Source: a virus (lineage: Duplodnaviria > Caudoviricetes). Taken from it: 35,751 nt of DNA. The position numbers and the translations under genes are program-made. Where the stretch lies: positions 1 to 35,751 of the IMG/VR virus record IMGVR_UViG_3300044638_006439; one strand, 5' to 3'. A model generated the notes under the pieces. The model was not told the DNA's origin and did not search any database. It saw only the letters and a list, made by a program, of their open reading frames with translations. Shown here piece after piece: positions 24,958 through 35,230 of the stretch. Every line of letters begins with the position of its first letter. Position 1 is the stretch's first letter.

Positions 24958-26486
24958 GCACTCGCTACCGTGACGGCCAGACTGCCTTTCTCGAATCCGG
25001 CGTTCAACCGCTGGAGACGGCTCGCGTTGCTGCGCCCACTGATGACATCGGGCGCGGCTTGATGAGCCTCGGGGCCAGTGGTGCCCGCGTGTTTGCGGAG
25101 TACACGCGAGTCAACGACGCCCGCGAACTGCTCGAAGCGGAGCAGGACATGCAGAAGGCCGCGAATGACTTTGCGGTTTTCCAGACCAAAAACACGAACG
25201 AAAAAACATGGCTTCCCGAGTGGCGGCGCATTAGCGGCGAACTCGAAAAGCGGAACGGGCAGCGCCAGCTTTCGGCGGATGGTCGTCTTTCGCTCGCGCA
25301 AGGCGTGGGCCGCTGGGCCACAAACCAAACGGGCCGCGTCCAAGAGCAGGCCTTGAAGCAAACCGCTGCACGCACCTTGCAGGCGGCTAAAAACACCATC
25401 AACGCCGCAATTGATAATGACGATCCAGACCGCGCCTTTGGAGCTATTCAGCTTTTGGAGACTTCCGGCGCGGCCTTTCCTGAGCAGGCAGAGGCGATGC
25501 GGCAAGATTTGACGCGCGCCCTCAAGACCAAGACGGCAGAAAAGGAGTTTGAGGAGCTTTCCATGATGGCGACGACCAACCCCGCAATGGCGCGCGAGTT
25601 GGCCGACGAGGGCGTAAAGTCCTCTCGCATCTCGGACCTGCAACGGTTCAAGATTAACGAAATGGCCGACCGTCAGGAGCAGCAAAACCGGACGGAGAGC
25701 TTTAACACGTTCCGCCGTCGCATCGGCGTTGGTGATTTGCCCTCTCCCGATGAACTCAAGGCCGACGCCTCCTTGACGGACCTCGACCGGCAAGAACTTG
25801 TCACGCTCGCGACCTCGCAGCCCTCAAATGACGAGGAGCTTTTCCAGCGTCAAATCACCGCCATTGGCTCGATGCCGTCGAATGCCGCGCCGTTGGAGCG
25901 CGCCAAGTATGAGGCCTTCCTCGAAGCCAATTTCAGCGGCCCGCATCTCGACCACCTGCGCAGCCTCTACGATGCGCGCTTTGCTTCTGGCGGCATGGAG
26001 GCAGTTCGCACGACAGAGGCCTTTCAGGCGCTCGACCGCTGGGCATTCGATGAGCAGCGCCTCGGCTCCTACAAAAAGCCGAAACTGGACGCGGAAGGAA
26101 AGCCGGTATTCAAGAAGAGAGAGGGCGTTTATTCCCTCGTTGAGGGCTGGTTTAGCTCTTCGCATGAAAAGCAGCCTGACACGTTCGAGCCTGACGAGGA
26201 AGTCGATCCCGCCGCGAAAGACAAGGTGATGACGCTTGTGTCGCAAATCAAAGAGACGCTTCGCGGCGAGATTTCCACCGGCAAGCTCACGGATTCGGCG
26301 GGAGTCTTTCGCCGCATGGCCGAGCTTGCCAAGATGCCGCTCACAGCAAAGGCCGCGAGCGAAGTCGATCCGCAGATGATGGGTATGCCCACTTCCGTCT
26401 CTGGCAGCCCTTCGACTCCAAGCCTCCTGCCTCCTGCCGACATTTCCGAAATCTTGAAACGCCATGCCCAGAATCCTCGAAAGTGA
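24954..26486 (+). CDS. Internal virion (ejection) protein, medium
   Basis: 510-aa helical protein in the ejection-protein position. Confidence 0.7.
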   Translation: MSTRYRDGQTAFLESGVQPLETARVAAPTDDIGRGLMSLGASGARVFAEYTRVNDARELLEAEQDMQKAANDFAVFQTKNTNEKTWLPEWRRISGELEKRNGQRQLSADGRLSLAQGVGRWATNQTGRVQEQALKQTAARTLQAAKNTINAAIDNDDPDRAFGAIQLLETSGAAFPEQAEAMRQDLTRALKTKTAEKEFEELSMMATTNPAMARELADEGVKSSRISDLQRFKINEMADRQEQQNRTESFNTFRRRIGVGDLPSPDELKADASLTDLDRQELVTLATSQPSNDEELFQRQITAIGSMPSNAAPLERAKYEAFLEANFSGPHLDHLRSLYDARFASGGMEAVRTTEAFQALDRWAFDEQRLGSYKKPKLDAEGKPVFKKREGVYSLVEGWFSSSHEKQPDTFEPDEEVDPAAKDKVMTLVSQIKETLRGEISTGKLTDSAGVFRRMAELAKMPLTAKAASEVDPQMMGMPTSVSGSPSTPSLLPPADISEILKRHAQNPRK

Positions 26487-29400
26487 AGCGCTCGCGCTCG
26501 CGCAAAACATCGACGCCATGAGCGACGATCTAAGGCCGCAAGCTCTCGACATCCTGACACGCTACAAAACGCAGCAAGAGGACTTCGGAGAGCCTGAGTG
26601 GCCGACGTATGCCAAACAGCAAGAGGAGGCGGAGCAGCGCTTTCGCTCCATGTTCGACAGCCTGAAGAACGTCGATAAAGCCGCTCCATCTCTGGTTGAA
26701 GCGCTCTCCTATGCTGAAAATCCAGATGCCGACCGCGCCCGCGTGGCAAACACGGCATTCTTATCCCGCGTCTATGGCAAGACGACGGACGAAATCAGCG
26801 GCTCGCTTGAGCTTTACCAAAGCGACTATGCCGCCAAGCGCGGGCAAAAGGCCGTCGATGACTTGGGCTTCTACAAGCTCGCAGCGGGTGAGGTTGCCGC
26901 CATGAAGCGGAAAGAGGAGACGGCGCTAGAGGGGGCGAAAGCGGCCCTTCGCGGGGAGGATGTGATTCAGTCGCTCCAAGCATGGCAGGCTAAGAACACC
27001 GACCGCATCCCTGATTCGACCGAGTTCGCGAAAGGTTACCTCAAAGCTAAAGACAGAGCGGGCGATTACCTGCCCATTGCCGACGAGCTTTTGAAGCTCA
27101 TGGAAAGCCAGACCGGGCAAAGCAATAGTACGCGAACCTTTGACGCGAAGGCGGCAGGCCGGATTGACGAGATTGCTGGCGATCTGGCAACGATGAAGCC
27201 TCGCGAGCGGAAGCAGATTTACGCCTCAATTGCGGCGCGAGCGGAGGCGGCTGGATACGATCAAAAAGGGTTTTGGTCACAAATGCTCGGCGAACTCGAC
27301 AAGGGGCTTTTACGTATGACTTCTACCGTCGGCACGACGGCAGGGATCGCTCTCGATGTGGTGAGCAATCTCCCGGCCATGCTCTCGAATACCATGAAGC
27401 CGGAAGAGTTCGACGCGACGGAGGCGAGTATTGCCCAGCGTCAGGCCCTCGGTGAAATCCATGATGAGCTTGCATCCATCGTATCCGGCGAGGTTGATCC
27501 CGTAAAGCCGACAATCGGCTGGCTCAATGACACCGTTGAAACGGGCCTCATCAAGGGGCCGGGAGCGGTTGCTCCATTCATGGCGGCAACGGCAGCGCTC
27601 GGACCATGGGGCGGCGGCATGCTCTTTACGGCTGATTTCGCAGAGCAGAACCGGCGCGATCTTCGAGCCGCTGGTTTGGACAATGACAGGGCCATTCAAA
27701 TCGGCGTCATGGCCGCGCCCCTACAAGCCGCCGTCGAATCGCTTTCGAACATGCTCCAGCTCGGCAGGTTCACGAAGCTGCAAACGGTTCTCGCTGGCTT
27801 TACGAGGCCAATCGGCGGAGGCGCTGGGCTGGCGCTTCGCTATGCTCAAAACGCGGGAATCTCGCTCGCTACCGAATACACGGAGGAACAGATTCAGGAT
27901 AATTTTATCGTGCCCGCAGTTCAGCAGATCGTCGGCGCTTTGGCTGCGGATGTGCCGGAAGTGGATTGGAGCTTCTACAAGACGCGAGCCGCTGAATCGA
28001 CGCCCGAATTGCTGTCCGTGCTCGCCCCCATGGCCCTCGTTTTTGGCGGAGTGATGACCGGTGCGCAGGCGAATCTCTCGCGGGTGATGACCAGTAACAT
28101 CGACGCACTCAAGGCCTTGAACTACTCGGAAGCGCAAGCCGTCGAAATCGTCGCGGAGAAGTCCGAAGATGCCCGAATCGCAAAAGCCTCGTCGCTTTGG
28201 GGTTCACGGGCCGGGGATAAAACGACACTGGAAGATGGCGCAAAGAGTCTGGCGTCACGCATGCGCCAGCTATCCGGCGACGTGGTAGCGCAGCAGCAGG
28301 AGCTTGAACGGCGCGGCATCCTGCCCCGCATGCTTCACGCCTCGGCCGATCAATGGCGGCTCACGTTTCAGGATGGCTCTACGGCTGCTTTCAATTCCCA
28401 TCGGGAAGCAGACGCGGCACGCTGGACGTGGACCGAGGATCAACTCGGCAAGGTTCACGCGCTCACCCGCGAAACGCTCGCCAGCCTGGAAAAGAATCTC
28501 GATGTGAACCGTGAGGTAGGCGTTCAGTTCTCGCCGAATGCCCGCACGGCACAGGACGCCGTGAACGACGGAGCGAGCGTGGATCAAATCAAGCAGCGCG
28601 TCGAACAGGGTAAAGCCCTTGGCGATCTGTCTCCAGATGCCGCCTTCGAAGATGCGCAGGCCATCGACAAGGCCACGGCTGAAACGGACGACTTTCTTTC
28701 GTCGCTCCAGATCCTCGGAAGCTCAAAAAACGAGTTCAAAGACGGCATTCTGCGCACAACGGTCAAGCTATGGGAAGGCTCCAACGTCCTCACGTTGGTA
28801 GAGGAAAAGATCGAGGGCGACGCCAAAGCCATCATTGCGGACGCAAAGGGCCGGGAATGGATGCTCTCCCGCCTCCGTGGTTACGAGGATGTCAGCGGCG
28901 ACAAGCTCTTTCGTGACGCTCCAGACGGTGAATTGAAAGATGACGACATCGTAGAGGCGTGGTCACACCTGGGGCAGTCCTACCTCGTCGGGCGTTCCAC
29001 CTTCGGAGAGCCGTTACAAAAGCGGACCATGCGCCGCTTTGGCCGTCTCCTGATGCGATCCGGCCTGACTGGCGCGATGAATGCCGAAAGCTCCTTCTTC
29101 GCCGCCGTCGCCAGCCGTGCACAAAAGCTCGGCGAACTGAAAAGCGCAGGCAAGCTCTCGGAGGATTTGGTGAGTGAGCTGGAAAAGCAGCTCGGCATCG
29201 ACTCGCAAGTTTCGCATGACGCGGCGGCGACCAAAGAAGCGGACGCCATCGCGGCGGAGGTCGTCGATACTTCCGGGTATTCGCCCGAGAATCCGGGGCC
29301 GAATGGCGAGACGTTTTCTCTCGCGGTGCAACAGCGTGGTGGTGTGCCGTTTAAGGCCGGGGATCGTGTTCGCTCTCTCGACTTTGAGGCTACTGTGTAT

Positions 29401-32400
29401 AGTGTGGAGCCACGGCAAAAGCTTGGGTATTGGGTAGTTTATACCGATGTGACCGGGGAGCCGGAATGGAAAAGCGAAGACAGAAGGGCGCTAAGTCCAT
29501 TTGCAAAGCCATTTGACGCCTACTCGGAGCCCGTGGAGATTGTTCGCCGTGGAAACGCCAGCCCAATACGGAACGAAGCCCTTGAAGCCCTCAAGGAAAC
29601 AGGGGGCGTCAGTGCTAAAGCCGACGTTCGCCAAATACCAATTCGTGAAGCGCCCAAAAGCAGCGTCAACTACACCGCCCCCAAAAGGAAGGGCGTAAAA
29701 GCTTCCTCCATTAAAGTTGGAGACATAATAGATTTGGGGGGCGCGCAAACCGTGACCTCGATCGAGCGGCGCGGTAGTGGATTTTTGTGGCTTGAGTTTG
29801 AAGGCGGGAACGCAGGTCTGTTTAGCGGTGATTCGCTCGTCAACCGCGCTTCTCGCGCCGTTCCTGCTGACGCCTCGAAGGTCGTCGAAATGCCGGACGG
29901 CGCGCAACTCGTCGGCCCTACGACGTTCTCAATTCGCGCCTACCACGGCACGCCGCACAAGGTCGATAAGTTCACGACGGCAAAAATCGGCACGGGCGAG
30001 GGTGCGCAGGCTTACGGCTGGGGGCTTTACTTTGCGGAGAACGAAGGAGTGGCAAGAAATTATCAGGAGCAGTTGAGGCCGCGCCAGCCGGACGATTATG
30101 ATTCGGCATTCACTGAAGCAGCCAAATCGTTCATTGCCTCAAACGGCAACGTCACGCTTGAGGATCTTCGTTCAGCGTATCCGAATGCCTCAACTGCTGC
30201 CCTTGAATGGGGAATGCGTGAAGCGCGAGGGCAAGAGCGCGGCAACCTCTACACCGTCGAACTCCTGCCGGACGAAGCTGATTTCCTCGATTGGGATAAG
30301 CCGCTGAGTGAGCAGAGCGATAAAGTGAAGGCGGCGCTGGCGAGCCTGCCAGAAAGCCCCGGAGATATTCAGCAGGCTATTGATTTGCTGACTCCACGCA
30401 TTGCTTTAGAAGGGCGGCAAGCTGGCCTTGCGCAAAAGCAGATCGACCAACTAAAAGTTCGTCTCGGCAATGTCAACGCAGGTAGTGGAGCGCAATTTTA
30501 TAACCGTCTTGGGGAAGCTGTGGCGGCCTCCGAAATGCTGGCGAAAGCTGGCATCCCCGGCATCCGCTACCTCGACGCTGGCAGTCGAGGTGCTGGCGAC
30601 GGCACTCGCAACTTTGTGATCTTCGACGAGAACCTTGTCCGCATTCTCGAAGAGAACGGGAGGCCGGTGGAGGGCGAAACCTTCTCCCTCCGCCCCGGCG
30701 ACTTCGAGAGCCGCATGGCCGCAAAATTCTCCCTCTTCCAAGCTAAGCCGGAACTTCGCCTTGCCATTGCGCAGGTAGCGAAAGAGCGAGCTTTGCGCCT
30801 TGGCGCTGAGTGGATCGCCAAGGGTGATGTAATCCGCACCGCGAAGGACATCGGCAAAGAGCAGGCATTCCGCGAGGCTGACGGCTTCGACCGGCGCATG
30901 ACGGCCTATCTCGACGGCCTCACGCCAAACGCACGGCAGACGCTGGAATTTGAGCCTTCCGCGCTCGAATCCGACCCGCTCGTCTCGGCGATGCTGGATG
31001 AGGGCAAATTAATGAGTCGAAGCACTGCTGTGAAAAACGGTGTGAAGAATCTGGATGAATACGACGGTGTTCCGTGGTTGCCTCCAGCGTGGTATTCAAA
31101 GGGCGCTGGAATCACTCCCGGCAAGATGGCGAAGGCGCTTCACGATGGGCCGCAGGATCAAGGCGGGCCGCTGCGTGGCGACTCGGCGCAAGACCTTTGG
31201 GATTCATTGGCCGAAGTCATTGCTTCCACGCGCAAAGACAAAGCTGCGCATCGTGAAGCCGTGCAGGCCTACAAGGACGCACAGAAAGCCGCGAAGGCAG
31301 ACGCTAAGGCAGAGGCGGAGGCCTGGGCGAATCAGGCCCGCAAGACAGCCGGAAGCCCAAAGGCGCAACGCGACATGCTGAAAGCGGCCCTGCGCACGCT
31401 TGACGGCATCCTTGCGGCGGCTCCTCCCGAAGTCCGCGCCCGTGTGGGCGGATACGTGAAGCTCGCAGGTCTGGCGACCGACGAAGCCATGCTGGCCGAA
31501 ATCGAACGCCGTATCGACAAAATGAACGTCGAGCTTGAGAAGTGGCTGAAAAAGGAAGGTCGCGCCGAACTGACGCGACTTTTCAAGAGGGCGGCCCCCA
31601 AGAACGAATCCGGCGAAAAGGCACAAGGCAAGATTGGCCCCGAGTTCCACGCATGGTTTGCCCTCGCGGAGTCGGCGGCGGAAATGTCGCCCGAAAAAGC
31701 CGACGAGGCTATCGTTGCGGCAGAGCAGGCCCTAGAGGCCGACGTTACCGACGCGCAGCTTGCGGGCTTGTCGGCATGGATGGGCCGCGAAGTCTCGGAT
31801 TTGGACGAGGCCCGGACCTTGCAGGACATTCGCCTTACAGTGCTTCAAACGTTCGGCAGCACCCTTTACAGCACGGACGCGCAAGCACCGCGCAACGCCG
31901 CCGAAATCATGGCAGCGGTCGATGCCGCCAAGGAGCAATACATCAAGGGCCGCGTGACTCATCTGGAAAAAATGGCGGCCCGTCGCGAGCGCCGTCAAGA
32001 ATGGCGCACCAAGGGCATTGCCTTGGTCGGCGGTGCCGCAACGGGCGATTCGGCGCGCGCCCAAATGGCCCGCAGTCCTTCCGACCTCAAGCGCCTTGCG
32101 TCGGACTACCTCGACACGGGCCTTGATGCCAGCGGCTTTTTCCGCTCACTCCTCGGGGAGGGCGACCTTTACCAGACCGTCCGGCGCTCCATCTTGGAGG
32201 CCGACGCCCAAGAGCAGGACGCCATGAAGGCGCGACGCGCTGAGTTTGCGAAGCTGCTCAAGACCACGTTTGCGGGCGGCAAAACGGCCCGCCTGCGCGG
32301 CCTTTGGGAATTGCAGCGAATCCAAGAGGGAACGCCGCTCGGCACCTTCTCGCAAATGCAGGCCGTGCAGTTCACGCTCTGGTTTCAAGACCTCGATTCC

Positions 32401-33975
32401 CGCGAATGGCTGGCCTCTCACGGCTACGGCGAGGAGTGGCAGGCCAAGGCGGAGAAATGGCTGACGCCAGAAGCCAAGAAAATCCGCGCATGGCTGCTCG
32501 AAAAATACGGCCAGCAATACGACCGCATCAACCCTGTTTTCCGCGAGCTGCGAGGCGTCAACCTGCCGCGCGTGGAGGCCTACGGCGGCATGCGCCAAGT
32601 CGAGAACATGGGCAAGGACGGAAGCGTTGCCCTCACGGCTGACAACATGGCGGGCGGCATGGCGGCGGGTTTCACAAAAACGCGTGTTTCGTCTCCAACG
32701 GGACCGCCTAAAAACGTCGATGCGCTGGCGAACTATTGGGGCAACGCCTTTCAGGTCGAGCACTACATCGCATGGGCTGAACCGTTGGCCGAAATTCGCG
32801 CCGTCGTGGGTCATCGTGACTTTCGCATGGCCGTAGAGTCCAACCTGGGCGCGGCCAAGAGCGCGCAAATGATGCGTTGGATCGACGACTTGGAGAAGTC
32901 CGGCCAGCGAAACGCCATCATGAACACCTTGAGCGGCGACTTGATGCAGCGATGGGGGAGCGCCGCCTCCGCGTCGGCCCTGTTGTTCAAGGTCGGGGTT
33001 CTGTTGAAGCAGGCAACCGCTGCGCTCGGTAGTGCCTTCAAGGTGGGCCTCGGCAGCTATGCGCGCAGTCTTGGCCGGGTGCTTTCAGGCGCTTCGTCGA
33101 TTTCGCTCCGCGAGGCGTGGAATAGCGACTCCGTGCAACGTCGTATCAATGACTATGATCCCGAGATGCGGGAAGCCTTTCAGGCGCACCAAAAGCGCCG
33201 GTTCGAGAACGAAATCCTTGATGTCCTGACCCAATACCCAAATCGAGCACTCGAAGGCGGATGGTATGCCATCGGGTTCACGGATGCGGTCTTCACGACC
33301 GTTAGCGCGGCGGTTGCGCATGACGCATCCTATCGTGAAGGACTGGCGGCAGGGCTGAACAACGAGCAGGCAATGGCCTACGCGGGCGAGCAAATGACCC
33401 TGATCGTCAAGGAGACAGCGCAACCCGACAGCACGGCGACGAAATCGCAGTTTGAAAACTCGGTTGGCAATCCTTGGCTCCGCGTCATTTTCGCCTTTCA
33501 GAGCGCGAACCGTCAGGCTTTCGGCCTGAGCCTGCTATCCTACAAGCACGGCGACAAGTTCGCTTCTCGCCTGATCCTCGGGCATCTCATTATCCCCATT
33601 GTCTCGCAGACCATCGGGAACATGATCCGCGACGGCTTTACGGATGCGGACGACGATGAAATCTGGACGCTCAAAGGCTATCTGGCCTCAATGCTTCTCG
33701 GGCCGTTCTCTGGTGCGTTGCAGCTTGGGCCGTTGCTCGAAGTGCTGGCGCAAAAAACATTCGGCGCTGAGCCGCGAGTTGCTTCAAATCCTGCGGCCAC
33801 GGCCCTTACGGCGCTTGGCTCCATTCTCGAAGGCGACTTTGACAGCGGCGACATTGGCCGGGTCGTTACGGAACTGGGCAACATTCTTGGCGGTCGAGCC
33901 TCGGCGACGGGCGCGGGCTGGAACATTATCCGCCAACTGCTCGGCTTGCAGGAGAACGCCGAAAACGACCAGTGA
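26464..33975 (+). CDS. Giant internal virion/polyvalent protein with ADP-ribosyltransferase-like domain
   Basis: 2503 aa; AYHGTPH.VDKF....IGTGEGAQAYGWGLYF...GIPGIRYLD..SR...TRNFVIFD at about 29938-30660; hydrophobic helices near both ends. Confidence 0.85.
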   Translation: MPRILESEALALAQNIDAMSDDLRPQALDILTRYKTQQEDFGEPEWPTYAKQQEEAEQRFRSMFDSLKNVDKAAPSLVEALSYAENPDADRARVANTAFLSRVYGKTTDEISGSLELYQSDYAAKRGQKAVDDLGFYKLAAGEVAAMKRKEETALEGAKAALRGEDVIQSLQAWQAKNTDRIPDSTEFAKGYLKAKDRAGDYLPIADELLKLMESQTGQSNSTRTFDAKAAGRIDEIAGDLATMKPRERKQIYASIAARAEAAGYDQKGFWSQMLGELDKGLLRMTSTVGTTAGIALDVVSNLPAMLSNTMKPEEFDATEASIAQRQALGEIHDELASIVSGEVDPVKPTIGWLNDTVETGLIKGPGAVAPFMAATAALGPWGGGMLFTADFAEQNRRDLRAAGLDNDRAIQIGVMAAPLQAAVESLSNMLQLGRFTKLQTVLAGFTRPIGGGAGLALRYAQNAGISLATEYTEEQIQDNFIVPAVQQIVGALAADVPEVDWSFYKTRAAESTPELLSVLAPMALVFGGVMTGAQANLSRVMTSNIDALKALNYSEAQAVEIVAEKSEDARIAKASSLWGSRAGDKTTLEDGAKSLASRMRQLSGDVVAQQQELERRGILPRMLHASADQWRLTFQDGSTAAFNSHREADAARWTWTEDQLGKVHALTRETLASLEKNLDVNREVGVQFSPNARTAQDAVNDGASVDQIKQRVEQGKALGDLSPDAAFEDAQAIDKATAETDDFLSSLQILGSSKNEFKDGILRTTVKLWEGSNVLTLVEEKIEGDAKAIIADAKGREWMLSRLRGYEDVSGDKLFRDAPDGELKDDDIVEAWSHLGQSYLVGRSTFGEPLQKRTMRRFGRLLMRSGLTGAMNAESSFFAAVASRAQKLGELKSAGKLSEDLVSELEKQLGIDSQVSHDAAATKEADAIAAEVVDTSGYSPENPGPNGETFSLAVQQRGGVPFKAGDRVRSLDFEATVYSVEPRQKLGYWVVYTDVTGEPEWKSEDRRALSPFAKPFDAYSEPVEIVRRGNASPIRNEALEALKETGGVSAKADVRQIPIREAPKSSVNYTAPKRKGVKASSIKVGDIIDLGGAQTVTSIERRGSGFLWLEFEGGNAGLFSGDSLVNRASRAVPADASKVVEMPDGAQLVGPTTFSIRAYHGTPHKVDKFTTAKIGTGEGAQAYGWGLYFAENEGVARNYQEQLRPRQPDDYDSAFTEAAKSFIASNGNVTLEDLRSAYPNASTAALEWGMREARGQERGNLYTVELLPDEADFLDWDKPLSEQSDKVKAALASLPESPGDIQQAIDLLTPRIALEGRQAGLAQKQIDQLKVRLGNVNAGSGAQFYNRLGEAVAASEMLAKAGIPGIRYLDAGSRGAGDGTRNFVIFDENLVRILEENGRPVEGETFSLRPGDFESRMAAKFSLFQAKPELRLAIAQVAKERALRLGAEWIAKGDVIRTAKDIGKEQAFREADGFDRRMTAYLDGLTPNARQTLEFEPSALESDPLVSAMLDEGKLMSRSTAVKNGVKNLDEYDGVPWLPPAWYSKGAGITPGKMAKALHDGPQDQGGPLRGDSAQDLWDSLAEVIASTRKDKAAHREAVQAYKDAQKAAKADAKAEAEAWANQARKTAGSPKAQRDMLKAALRTLDGILAAAPPEVRARVGGYVKLAGLATDEAMLAEIERRIDKMNVELEKWLKKEGRAELTRLFKRAAPKNESGEKAQGKIGPEFHAWFALAESAAEMSPEKADEAIVAAEQALEADVTDAQLAGLSAWMGREVSDLDEARTLQDIRLTVLQTFGSTLYSTDAQAPRNAAEIMAAVDAAKEQYIKGRVTHLEKMAARRERRQEWRTKGIALVGGAATGDSARAQMARSPSDLKRLASDYLDTGLDASGFFRSLLGEGDLYQTVRRSILEADAQEQDAMKARRAEFAKLLKTTFAGGKTARLRGLWELQRIQEGTPLGTFSQMQAVQFTLWFQDLDSREWLASHGYGEEWQAKAEKWLTPEAKKIRAWLLEKYGQQYDRINPVFRELRGVNLPRVEAYGGMRQVENMGKDGSVALTADNMAGGMAAGFTKTRVSSPTGPPKNVDALANYWGNAFQVEHYIAWAEPLAEIRAVVGHRDFRMAVESNLGAAKSAQMMRWIDDLEKSGQRNAIMNTLSGDLMQRWGSAASASALLFKVGVLLKQATAALGSAFKVGLGSYARSLGRVLSGASSISLREAWNSDSVQRRINDYDPEMREAFQAHQKRRFENEILDVLTQYPNRALEGGWYAIGFTDAVFTTVSAAVAHDASYREGLAAGLNNEQAMAYAGEQMTLIVKETAQPDSTATKSQFENSVGNPWLRVIFAFQSANRQAFGLSLLSYKHGDKFASRLILGHLIIPIVSQTIGNMIRDGFTDADDDEIWTLKGYLASMLLGPFSGALQLGPLLEVLAQKTFGAEPRVASNPAATALTALGSILEGDFDSGDIGRVVTELGNILGGRASATGAGWNIIRQLLGLQENAENDQ

Positions 33976-34156
33976 CAAGGCATCCGGTGCCGTAGCCGGT
34001 GGCGAGAATGCCGGGAAGCACGGCGAGGCATCCGATGATGCCCTTGCCGGTGCCCTTGCGCATCGTCCCATCCAACGTGTCCCGGCTCGCGTCCGCGCCA
34101 AGCAGGAACACGACGGGAAGCCAGAAGAGAAACCAGAAGGTGAGCCAGATTTTCAC
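33926..34156 (-). CDS. Small two-TM membrane protein (moron, superinfection-exclusion candidate)
   Basis: GTG start; IWLTFWFLFWLPVVFLLG and GIIGCLAVLPGILATGYGTGCLV; own promoter GTGACA-N17-CAGACT (34191-34163). Confidence 0.6.
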   Translation of the reverse strand: MKIWLTFWFLFWLPVVFLLGADASRDTLDGTMRKGTGKGIIGCLAVLPGILATGYGTGCLVTGRFRRSPASRAVGG

Positions 34157-34250
34157 GCCGCAAGTCTGCCCGACCGCCTGCCCGCTGTCACGTCAAAAAT
34201 GCCCGTAGCCGGGACTTGACACGCCCGCGCCCGTTTCCCCGAAGTTGCGC

Positions 34251-34532
34251 ATGACCAACGCGGCTTTCCTTACCTCCGTTCAAACCAGCGCCACGGGAAC
34301 GAATTTCGTGACCTTCCCGGCCTACGTCTGCGATGGCGTCCACGTCATCAACAACACGGGCACGACGCTTGCGTTCAAGCGCGGCAGCGATTCGGCGACC
34401 TTCGAGCTTCCGACCGGCTCCGGTTATTCGTTCTACGGCATCACGAACGCGAACCAGATTTCCGTCAAGCGTGCCGATGACTCCAACACGCAAGTCACCA
34501 TCAAGAGCATCGAGGCCGAATATCTTTCATGA
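34251..34532 (+). CDS. Small beta-rich virion protein (tail/fibre associated)
   Basis: 93 aa, Thr/Ser/Asn rich; TTGACA 35 nt upstream. Confidence 0.7.
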   Translation: MTNAAFLTSVQTSATGTNFVTFPAYVCDGVHVINNTGTTLAFKRGSDSATFELPTGSGYSFYGITNANQISVKRADDSNTQVTIKSIEAEYLS

Positions 34533-35230
34533 TACACTCCTCCAAATTCGGCGGGATTGACCGCCTGCGCAGGCGTCCGCGATTCGTGGCAAGTGGCGGT
34601 GAGTGGACTCCTGCTTTGTTGTCCCCCATGACTTGGTTCAATGCCGCCTCCATTGGGGTTGGTAATGGCAACCCGATTAGCACCTGGAGCAATCAAGGCA
34701 CTTTGGGGGCATCTGGCAACGCTACCGCAACAGGCACGGCCCGCCCTACTTTAAGCTCTACGGGCATCAATGGCGGGCCTGCTGTGCTGTTTGATGGCGT
34801 CGATGATTTGATGGCCTTTTCCCACTCAGCCACTACAGCATTCACCATCTGGTTCATCTACAAAGCAAACACTGCAAGCGGGAGGCATCGTGTGTATGAT
34901 GATGCGGGGGGCAATCGGTTGGTAGGTTTCTACGATTCGGCGCGAAGCGTGTTCACAGGATCGTTTCTATACAACGGGTCAACCGCTACGAGCACGCAAG
35001 TGTTTATCGCACAAGCATCTAGTTCTGGTCGAAGTTTTCGCGTTAACGGAACTACCGTCACTGACGCCACCTCGGCGGGAGTGTTAACAGGCGTGGCTGG
35101 CCTTGGGAAAACCACAGAATTTATCAAGGGTAATGTTTCCGAGCTTGGCTTGATGAACCGCCTCCTCACAGCCGAAGAGCTTACCAGTCTCACACAGTAT
35201 CTCACCAACAAATCGGGGGTATCCGCATGA
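34529..35230 (+). CDS. Concanavalin A/LamG-like lectin-fold protein, candidate receptor-binding protein
   Basis: WTP....WFNA...ISTW.NQ...PTL...GINGGPAVLFDGVDD...G.VSELG..NR.LT.EE...L.QYL. Confidence 0.8.
   Translation: MIHSSKFGGIDRLRRRPRFVASGGEWTPALLSPMTWFNAASIGVGNGNPISTWSNQGTLGASGNATATGTARPTLSSTGINGGPAVLFDGVDDLMAFSHSATTAFTIWFIYKANTASGRHRVYDDAGGNRLVGFYDSARSVFTGSFLYNGSTATSTQVFIAQASSSGRSFRVNGTTVTDATSAGVLTGVAGLGKTTEFIKGNVSELGLMNRLLTAEELTSLTQYLTNKSGVSA

Noticed and set aside
34529-35230. Diversity-generating retroelement target, given the BPP-1-like virion module
   Set aside because: No reverse transcriptase and no template/variable repeat pair seen
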